A DNA stretch of 5,555 nucleotides. Source: a virus. The DNA is taken from the UHGV virus genome UHGV-0338177; one strand, given 5' to 3'. A program made the position numbers and the translations under genes. The notes under the pieces were generated by a model. That model searched no databases. It was not told the origin of the DNA and worked only from the letters and a program-made list of their open reading frames with translations. Below are positions 1 to 5,048 of the stretch, in pieces (positions within the stretch are counted from its first letter, which is position 1; every line of letters begins with the position of its first letter).

Positions 1-507
1 ATCGCCTATTTTCTTTAAAACATATTGAGAAACATAAGCCGCACACTTTCTCATACCACGAGAGTTCTCAACTTGTCTAAGTTTGATAAATCCATTATCC
101 CACTTTTGAGCAATAACATCACGGAAACTTTTATCAATGCCAAAAAGTAAAACATGATAATGAACGCGTTGTGTGCCGTTTTCGCCTCTCTCACCAGCAC
201 AGAAAAATTTAATTTTAGAATATCCAATAGAATCTAAGAACTTGCGAAAGCGCTTCATAAAAAGCTGAACATCAGAGTAATGAAATTCCATATCGTGATT
301 ATCTGATAATCGAGGCGCATAAGTTAAAGTAAGATGACAGACGGATGACCAATCGGTTGACTCCAAGGCCAAACGGTGAGACCATTGTCTCCCACGACGA
401 GCGCGACACAAAACACACTTATTGCAAGGGAAAATAGCATTATGAGCAACCGAAAAATAAGGCGATTGACAAATAAGCTTCTGAAGTTTGACAGGTGCGG
501 AGATCAT
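1..507 (-). CDS. VP4: Replication initiation protein VP4 (rolling-circle HUH endonuclease), N-terminal 169 codons. The ORF runs off the window at position 1 and probably continues at 5555 if the molecule is circular.
   Basis: My minus-strand translation from ATG 507..505 gives MISAPVKLQKLICQSPYFSVAHNAIFPCNKCVLCRARRGRQWSHRLALESTDWSSVCHLTLTYAPRLSDNHDMEFHYSDVQLFMKRFRKFLDSIGYSKIKFFCAGERGENGTQRVHYHVLLFGIDKSFRDVIAQKWDNGFIKLRQVENSRGMRKCAAYVSQYVLKKIGD. It contains RCR motif 1 (HLTLTY), motif 2 (HYHVLLF, the HUH motif) and motif 3 (YVSQYVLK, the same Y-x3-Y-x2-K spacing as the phiX174 gpA catalytic tyrosines YVAKYVNK). The N-terminal Cys-rich CxxC pattern and 'QLFMKRFRK' are typical of gokushovirus VP4. 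SD GGAGG lies 6 nt upstream (TAAGTGCGGAGGTTGTTGATG). The six-frame track missed this ORF because it has no stop inside the window. Confidence 0.9.
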   Translation of the reverse strand, partial: MISAPVKLQKLICQSPYFSVAHNAIFPCNKCVLCRARRGRQWSHRLALESTDWSSVCHLTLTYAPRLSDNHDMEFHYSDVQLFMKRFRKFLDSIGYSKIKFFCAGERGENGTQRVHYHVLLFGIDKSFRDVIAQKWDNGFIKLRQVENSRGMRKCAAYVSQYVLKKIGD

Positions 508-680
508 CAACAACCTCCGCACTTACCAAGGATAAGCCGAGCAAATGGAGAAGAAAAAATTACCGTCTTTTTCGACGAAGGCGTTTTTTTAATTTTCGTA
601 TAAGCCTTTTTATGTTTCGCCTCCTGCCACGTTTTCGAGTATGGTAAAAACCGAATGCCATTACGATTACCTCCTTTCAT
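507..680 (-). CDS. Small basic protein (57 aa). Putative DNA-binding/packaging protein, analogous to the gokushovirus ORF8/VP8 or the phiX J protein.
   Basis: ATG at 680..678 is preceded by GGAGA (GGAGAATAATTATG). Translation is MKGGNRNGIRFLPYSKTWQEAKHKKAYTKIKKTPSSKKTVIFSSPFARLILGKCGGC, which is Lys/Arg-rich. The stop TGA (509..507) overlaps the VP4 ATG (507..505) as TGATG, implying translational coupling. It starts 2 nt after the VP2 stop. Its position, immediately upstream of the Rep gene, matches the small basic DNA-binding gene of gokushoviruses. It falls below the length cutoff of the supplied ORF track. Confidence 0.5.
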   Translation of the reverse strand: MKGGNRNGIRFLPYSKTWQEAKHKKAYTKIKKTPSSKKTVIFSSPFARLILGKCGGC

Positions 681-682
681 AA

Positions 683-1588
683 TTATTCTCCAAATCCCAT
701 TTGCAAAGCTCTTTGATAAGCTTCTTCGCCAGCTTTTTGAATATCACTTTTATACTGCTTTCGTTGAACAGGAGACAAATTTTTGATGCGTGTCTTATCA
801 GCTAGCTTTTGTGTGGCACGTGGATTATAATCAAAAACCAGCATAGGAAATCCAGAGCTTTTAATATCCGCCAAATCATAAACAGAGCCATCAGCCAAAA
901 TAAGCCTATTCTTATAGACACGAGCACCAGCTACGCCAAGACCTTTATTCACAAGGGCTTCAATTATTTGAGTGCCTCCTTCGCTAAGAGAATCCATCCA
1001 AGACTGCTGAGCGTCTTTTTGTGTCAAAGTCAAGCCAAACTGAGAACCGTCAGCCGATAAATTCAAAATAGAATAAGGCGTATTTTCAACAGAAGTAAAA
1101 TCTTTCATTGAAAGAGCACCTAAAGACGACTTAGTCATTTTTGAAAAAGACGGAGCAGAGACAACAGATGAAGTCTTTGGCTTTTCAAGCGCTTTAATTT
1201 GAGCCTCTTTATATTTAGCTTCAGCATTATACATATTTGTCTGCGCTCTCATCATCTGACTTTGAGCGATAATTTGAGACATAGCAAGTCCAGCTTGCCC
1301 TACGGAATTAAGCGCATCACCAACTCCATTACCTCCAGCAGCTTGAAAAGAGGGGCTAAAACTCGCTGAATCTGCACCGAGACCATATATAGGATTAACT
1401 CCTGCACGCTTAGAATCACCAACACGCCAAGAAATACTATTTTGATAAAACTCTTTTTGTGCGTCGTAATTAGCTGCATTAGCTTTCTGCTGAGATCTAC
1501 GATTAGCCGAACCATTAAACCAACTTCCTAAACCACCAAATAAAGCGCTACCACCAGCAAATAATAAACTACCAGTCAAAGGATCCAT
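683..1588 (-). CDS. VP2: Minor capsid / DNA pilot protein VP2 (301 aa).
   Basis: The Gly-rich hydrophobic N-terminus (MDPLTGSLLFAGGSALFGGLGSWFNGS) is followed by a Gln/Asn/Ala-rich segment and the motif 'KRAGVNPIYGLGA'. This resembles the conserved 'AGLNP' region of gokushovirus VP2 pilot proteins, as does the Ala/Gln-rich coiled-coil-like middle. SD AGGAGA lies 4 nt upstream of the ATG (AGGAGATAATATG). The ATG is 1 nt after the stop of the upstream gene. Confidence 0.8.
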   Translation of the reverse strand: MDPLTGSLLFAGGSALFGGLGSWFNGSANRRSQQKANAANYDAQKEFYQNSISWRVGDSKRAGVNPIYGLGADSASFSPSFQAAGGNGVGDALNSVGQAGLAMSQIIAQSQMMRAQTNMYNAEAKYKEAQIKALEKPKTSSVVSAPSFSKMTKSSLGALSMKDFTSVENTPYSILNLSADGSQFGLTLTQKDAQQSWMDSLSEGGTQIIEALVNKGLGVAGARVYKNRLILADGSVYDLADIKSSGFPMLVFDYNPRATQKLADKTRIKNLSPVQRKQYKSDIQKAGEEAYQRALQMGFGE

Positions 1589-1589
1589 A

Positions 1590-2075
1590 TTATCTCCTAT
1601 TCTCTTTTTTACATTTTATAAATTTAGATATGTCGGTCCAGATGGCATTTTTAATTTTAAGACCTTTACCAGAAGTATTCCTCATAATCTCATCACGACG
1701 AACCGAACGAGACCGACATATCGACTTAGCAAACTTATCGAGTTTTTCACGCTCGGTAAGCTCTTGTGAAGTATTATACATTTTTTTGGTTAATGAAAAG
1801 CCTAAATTTAATTTTATTTTATCACGTAAAGAATTTAAGAACTTCGCGCGGCGTTTAGCCATATGATAAGAAACAAATTTACGAGGAGAGGAATGCCTAG
1901 TAACCTGTTGATAAAAATTTTTAAAAACAGGAGGAACTAAAAACATCTCAGGCTTTGATATTTTTCTCAAAGTCGTAATAGAACTTGAAACGATATTTTG
2001 GCGACTTCGTGGTTTTGAAGCACGCCTACGCCTCTTATTTCTAGCTTTTGAAAGGGATAAAAATCTTAAAACCAT
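1590..2075 (-). CDS. Highly basic 161-aa protein with a poly-Arg N-terminal region. Function unknown; candidate DNA-binding/condensing or scaffold-type virion protein.
   Basis: ATG 2075..2073 with SD AGGAG 5 nt upstream (CTAGGAGTTTCAATG). The protein MVLRFLSLSKARNKRRRRASKPRSRQN... is very rich in K/R throughout. It is tightly packed against VP2 (stop, 1 nt, start). I recognise no family motif. Confidence 0.55.
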   Translation of the reverse strand: MVLRFLSLSKARNKRRRRASKPRSRQNIVSSSITTLRKISKPEMFLVPPVFKNFYQQVTRHSSPRKFVSYHMAKRRAKFLNSLRDKIKLNLGFSLTKKMYNTSQELTEREKLDKFAKSICRSRSVRRDEIMRNTSGKGLKIKNAIWTDISKFIKCKKENRR

Positions 2076-2083
2076 TGAAACTC

Positions 2084-2101
2084 CTAGATGGTGTCATCTA
2101 G
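2084..2101. promoter_or_regulatory. Perfect 7-bp palindrome CTAGATG-GTGT-CATCTAG overlapping the SD of the 161-aa gene.
   Basis: Read directly: c2084..g2090 is the reverse complement of c2095..g2101, with a 4-nt loop. On the mRNA strand the stem ends ...CATCTAG|GAG, so the 3' arm covers the AG of the AGGAG SD. This fits a translational operator or protein-binding site. Confidence 0.4.
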
Positions 2102-2129
2102 CACATATTCATCAAGTCGGTGATATGTG

Positions 2130-2155
2130 CCGCAAAAATTTTACAATTTTTGCGG
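2130..2155. other. 11-bp perfect hairpin CCGCAAAAATT-TTAC-AATTTTTGCGG (GC clamp plus A5/T5 tract).
   Basis: Read directly: positions 2130..2140 are the reverse complement of 2145..2155, with a 4-nt loop. No flanking U-tract on either strand, so it is not a canonical intrinsic terminator. Confidence 0.6.
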
Positions 2156-2167
2156 AATAATGTCAAT

Positions 2168-2220
2168 GAAAAAACTTCGTTTTTTCTAAAAACTACCACA
2201 CCAAAACCGAGTTTTTAGAA
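2168..2220. other. Overlapping A/T-tract hairpins: GAAAAAAC-TTC-GTTTTTTC (2168..2186), and an 11-bp inverted repeat TTCTAAAAACT/AGTTTTTAGAA (2184..2194 and 2210..2220) with a 15-nt loop ACCACACCAAAACCG.
   Basis: Read directly; the arms are exact reverse complements. The two structures share bases, so they are alternative folds. Confidence 0.55.
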
Positions 2221-2278
2221 TTTCCAGCCTTAAAGGCGCTGAAATCGCAATAAATTTAAGGGGATTGTGTTACTTTAA

Positions 2279-2408
2279 GAGCGAGCCGCGTGCGTTGCAC
2301 ATAAAGCGTTCGTAAGGTGCGCTTTCAGCGCGATCCTTTCGCTCATCCAGCCGCGTCCTTGCGGCTGATTTGATGATGAGCGAACCCGTTTTTGTCAATA
2401 AAAACGGG
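2279..2408. other. GC-rich structured island in the intergenic region. It contains a small hairpin GCGCT-TTC-AGCGC (2319..2331), a compound hairpin (2338..2384) and an abutting hairpin CCCGTTTTT-GTCAAT-AAAAACGGG (2385..2408). In the compound hairpin the outer stem is TTCGCTCATC/GATGAGCGAA, the inner stem is CAGCCGC-GTCCTT-GCGGCTG, and there is a 7-nt bulge.
   Basis: Read directly. Hand-counted GC over about 110 nt (2279..2390) is roughly 59%, against a visibly AT-rich remainder of the genome. All stems are exact reverse complements. There are no flanking T-runs, so these are not classic terminators. The placement in the single large IGR parallels the complementary-strand origin / primosome-assembly hairpins of phiX174 and G4. 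Confidence 0.55.
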
Positions 2409-2409
2409 C

Positions 2410-2619
2410 TTATACGGGATTGTAGGGTAATTCTGGGAATAAAGAAGGTTGATCATCGATATATTCCCATTGAAATTTAAAAAAGAGTTCTTTGTCTGTT
2501 CGACAAGAACGAATAACTGCCTCAGTAAAAGAGGAATCTCCAGTCATCTCGTAAGGTTTCAACTTATAACTATGCCAGAGCTTACGCCAAGTCTTATAAT
2601 CTAAATCCCAAAGTATCAT
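2410..2619 (-). CDS. Hypothetical 69-aa Trp/Tyr/Phe-rich protein. The track gives an 89-aa version from an alternative GTG start at 2679.
   Basis: ATG 2619..2617 overlaps the TGA stop of the upstream 28-aa ORF as ATGA. Translation is MILWDLDYKTWRKLWHSYKLKPYEMTGDSSFTEAVIRSCRTDKELFFKFQWEYIDDQPSLFPELPYNPV. The stop TAA at 2412..2410 lies 1 nt before the 2408..2385 hairpin. I recognise no family. Confidence 0.4.
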   Translation of the reverse strand: MILWDLDYKTWRKLWHSYKLKPYEMTGDSSFTEAVIRSCRTDKELFFKFQWEYIDDQPSLFPELPYNPV

Positions 2620-2702
2620 ATAAGACCCTTGATGAGTTCCCAAATAGCATTGACAGCGCCAGTTAAAGCCGCGATCCACAAGCCTATGCGTTCCTTATTC
2701 AT
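2616..2702 (-). CDS. 28-aa hydrophobic peptide, probably a single-pass membrane peptide. Candidate lysis or accessory peptide.
   Basis: Strong SD AAAGGAGGTG 8 nt upstream of ATG 2702..2700 (GGATGAAAGGAGGTGATTATTATG), which sits 21 nt after the acidic gene's TAA. Translation is MNKERIGLWIAALTGAVNAIWELIKGLI: a charged N-terminus followed by about 19 hydrophobic residues. The stop TGA overlaps the ATG of the downstream 69-aa ORF (ATGA). It is too short for the supplied ORF track. Confidence 0.4.
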   Translation of the reverse strand: MNKERIGLWIAALTGAVNAIWELIKGLI

Positions 2703-2723
2703 AATAATCACCTCCTTTCATCC

Positions 2724-3188
2724 TTATTCAGTTCCTTTATCAGACGAATCTGATTTGACACCCACTTCTCGCGATTCACTCTCTTTGTGTGAGATTGTAT
2801 CGCCTTTATCCGAGTTTTTAGACTCGGACGCCAAAATACGAGATTCTTTGTCTCTATCGTAGTATTTACCTCTTCGATCGACGGTATCTCTATCTTTATC
2901 AACATAATACTCCTCCTCATCAAAATCGTCATCAATATACTCAACGCTTTCGTAGTCATATACACCACCACCGTGAAGTGTTTGAAACTCTTCATAAGTC
3001 ATCGAACCACGATTTATGCGGTCTAAAGCAGATGAAAGAGTATCGGGCGAATGAACGATATCGACAATACTCTTAGGGTCTAAATCCTCAGTAACGATAG
3101 GGCGAGGCGCAAAACAACCAGTGCGACCAACAGTAGCTTGAATTTCGAACAAGCCCTCAGCTTGTTTTTTCGTAATCTTTGATGGCAT
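2724..3188 (-). CDS. 154-aa acidic protein with an Asp/Glu/Tyr/Ser-rich low-complexity C-terminal tail. Candidate scaffolding-type (VP3-like) or DNA-mimic protein.
   Basis: ATG 3188..3186 with SD AAGGAG 9 nt upstream, 17 nt after the VP1 stop. The C-terminal half is ...YDYESVEYIDDDFDEEEYYVDKDRDTVDRRGKYYDRDKESRILASESKNSDKGDTISHKESESREVGVKSDSSDKGTE. It sits immediately downstream of VP1, where gokushoviruses place VP2/VP3, but it carries no recognisable VP3 motif. Confidence 0.55.
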   Translation of the reverse strand: MPSKITKKQAEGLFEIQATVGRTGCFAPRPIVTEDLDPKSIVDIVHSPDTLSSALDRINRGSMTYEEFQTLHGGGVYDYESVEYIDDDFDEEEYYVDKDRDTVDRRGKYYDRDKESRILASESKNSDKGDTISHKESESREVGVKSDSSDKGTE

Positions 3189-3207
3189 AATATGTAACTC
3201 CTTATCT

Positions 3208-5022
3208 TTATTTCAAAATATTTTTAGAACGCTTAGGAATTGGCCGATACGCAACAATGTTGTTTTGTAGCATTACGAGAAAAGCAGGTAAAGAAGAATC
3301 CGTAATAGCGAAAATGTCCTTACGAGGGTTCATTCTCATAAAAGAAGCATTTAAAACAGGAGCTTCAGCAAATTGTCGGCCCAAGTGCCAGAACGATAGG
3401 TCAGTTCTAAAATTTCCCGATAGTCTGCTCTCTTGGTGTCTATATTCGTTATAATTTCCATTGAGAGCATATCCAAATACCTTGTCCTTATTTGATTTGG
3501 TAGCATAAAGTTCTTGTTGAAAAATCTCTTGTGCACCGATGTTAGAAAATTCGTAAGTAAAATAGTCAAATCTACTTCGTTTAAGCCACGCTCTATCGAT
3601 ACCTTGAGTATAGATCGTTTCTGGCCGAATAGACGCGAGACCAATAATAATACCATGCTCAGGGCAAAAGTATTTAATGCGTCTCTGCCGAGCTTGTCCG
3701 ATTCCCATACCAGCCATACTTCCAAGTGGGGTTTGTCCTTGTGCGCCAGGACTAGTTTGTATGACCTCACTAATTTGTAATGGCGATTTATTGCCGCCGA
3801 GATACTCACTTTTGTTGAGTCGGCTATCACGAGGACGGACTCCGAACTCCATACGACAATAATCCTCATATTCTGCTCCATATTTCAAACTCCTTTCGTT
3901 GAAACGCTGATACGCAGAGGCAACACGTAAATCGCGTATATTGATAGCGCCCGCATTTTGATAATTTTGATTTATTGTGAATTCTAAATCATTTATGTTA
4001 AGGTTTTTTATTTGTGATACTTCTTTTACATAAGTAATTGTGTTGTTATTTCGCCTCATGCAGCTGGTGATTGGCGAAATATTTAAATCAATGTTACCTT
4101 TTAAGTATGGTGCGTTTGAATAATTCAACGGGTCTTTAAATTCGATTTTAGTAATAGGCACATAAAATTCAAAATTTGTATTTACAGGGCAAGTCGTAGA
4201 ATCTCCAAAATTTCCGTTTATTCCTCCTTCCGTTATTATTATTCTTATATATCCTTCCGTTATTCCCAACGCGATATTATTACTTATATCTATGCTTCTT
4301 ACACTCGTTTTCAGGCTATCTTGGCCTTTTTGAAGAGTGTTCGGCTCTAATATGATAAGTCCTAATTCTGTTGTCGTTGGTTTTATATTTGTCGGCGTTC
4401 CCGTTGTGTAGGTCGGTTTATAAATAGCGTATCCGCTGGTGTTTTGAGACGACGGAATTACTGGGACACTAACTTGAGCACCGCGTTGGGTAAATGGCTT
4501 CGCCTTTGTGAAGTAATCACGCTTCCAATGGACAGGGAGAAGATCCAAAGGCGTGGTAGTATCAACACCGTCAGAAGTCGAAAATTCAATATCTGCTTCA
4601 ATATCCTCAATTTTGTAATGGTCATTCCAAATTTTGCACATAGCACGAAAAGGCATAGCAGAAACTTCGATACCACCTTGTTTAATAGGAAAACCGAAAT
4701 AATCGGAAAGAGTGTTAGCTTCCCAACCATTTTCAGGCGATTTAACAACAGGATACGAAGGATTAGAAAGACCATCATCACCACCTGTAATAAATTCAGT
4801 CCAATTGTCCCATAATATGCGATACGGCACAAAATAGTATTGCGTAACCCAGTTTATCTGTGAAATCACAGGGGCAACCATAGGTTGTGCACGGAAAATA
4901 GCTTGGTTGGAGATACGAAAAATATCACCGGGCAAGCAATCCTGTATATAAAATGGGATAAGTTTGCCCATCTCCATGGTAGTATGATGTCTATGCGACA
5001 GATTAAATTTACTACGTTTCAT
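3208..5022 (-). CDS. VP1: Major capsid protein VP1 (F-protein family), 604 aa.
   Basis: The N-terminus MKRSKFNLSHRHHTTMEMGKLIPFYIQDCLPGDIF matches the conserved gokushovirus VP1 start (R-S-x-F-x-L-S-H ... M-G-x-L-x-P). The protein is long, with a Thr/Asn/Ile-rich hypervariable insertion (about residues 190-370) as in gokushovirus 'mushroom' loops. Excellent SD AAGGAGG 6 nt upstream of ATG 5022..5020. Confidence 0.95.
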   Translation of the reverse strand: MKRSKFNLSHRHHTTMEMGKLIPFYIQDCLPGDIFRISNQAIFRAQPMVAPVISQINWVTQYYFVPYRILWDNWTEFITGGDDGLSNPSYPVVKSPENGWEANTLSDYFGFPIKQGGIEVSAMPFRAMCKIWNDHYKIEDIEADIEFSTSDGVDTTTPLDLLPVHWKRDYFTKAKPFTQRGAQVSVPVIPSSQNTSGYAIYKPTYTTGTPTNIKPTTTELGLIILEPNTLQKGQDSLKTSVRSIDISNNIALGITEGYIRIIITEGGINGNFGDSTTCPVNTNFEFYVPITKIEFKDPLNYSNAPYLKGNIDLNISPITSCMRRNNNTITYVKEVSQIKNLNINDLEFTINQNYQNAGAINIRDLRVASAYQRFNERSLKYGAEYEDYCRMEFGVRPRDSRLNKSEYLGGNKSPLQISEVIQTSPGAQGQTPLGSMAGMGIGQARQRRIKYFCPEHGIIIGLASIRPETIYTQGIDRAWLKRSRFDYFTYEFSNIGAQEIFQQELYATKSNKDKVFGYALNGNYNEYRHQESRLSGNFRTDLSFWHLGRQFAEAPVLNASFMRMNPRKDIFAITDSSLPAFLVMLQNNIVAYRPIPKRSKNILK

Positions 5023-5048
5023 AAGGAACCTCCTTAATTTTTAGAAAA

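Noticed and set aside
376-603. 75-aa plus-strand ORF
   Set aside because: It is antisense to the VP4 N-terminus and the 57-aa coupled gene, both of which have SD sites and motifs. It has no SD and the product is low-complexity. Every supported gene is on the minus strand, as expected for a microvirus.
809-1060. 83-aa plus-strand ORF and the 71-aa minus-strand ORF (1300..1515) inside VP2
   Set aside because: Both lie inside the VP2 gene in antisense or an alternative frame, with no RBS, and are typical AT-rich spurious frames.
584-1787. A7 homopolymer runs in coding sequence (minus-strand AAAAAAA at 590..584 in the 57-aa ORF and at 1787..1781 in the 161-aa ORF) as programmed frameshift sites
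   Set aside because: No downstream stimulatory structure and no extended alternative frame, and such runs are expected in an AT-rich genome.
1630-1866. 78-aa plus-strand ORF
   Set aside because: Antisense to the SD-supported basic 161-aa gene, with no RBS.
2316-2343. GGTGCGC heptamer resembling the XerC arm of the E. coli dif site (possible Xer-mediated prophage integration site, as described for Bacteroidetes microvirus prophages)
   Set aside because: Only 7 nt match. The remainder does not resemble a 28-bp dif (no central hexamer or XerD arm), and no host flanking sequence is present in the window.
2130-2408. Intrinsic (rho-independent) terminators at the IGR hairpins
   Set aside because: None of the stems is followed by a T/U-run on either strand. 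They are better explained as origin, packaging or regulatory structures.
2629-2995. 77-aa plus-strand ORF (2629..2862) and 95-aa minus-strand alternate-frame ORF (2708..2995)
   Set aside because: They overlap the acidic 154-aa gene and the SD-driven 28-aa ORF in antisense or an alternate frame, with no RBS of their own.
3257-4832. Several 61-176-aa ORFs on both strands inside VP1 (3257..3454, 3351..3881, 3514..3780, 3677..3862, 4444..4815, 4458..4832)
   Set aside because: All are nested within the unambiguous VP1 coding frame and have no independent support.
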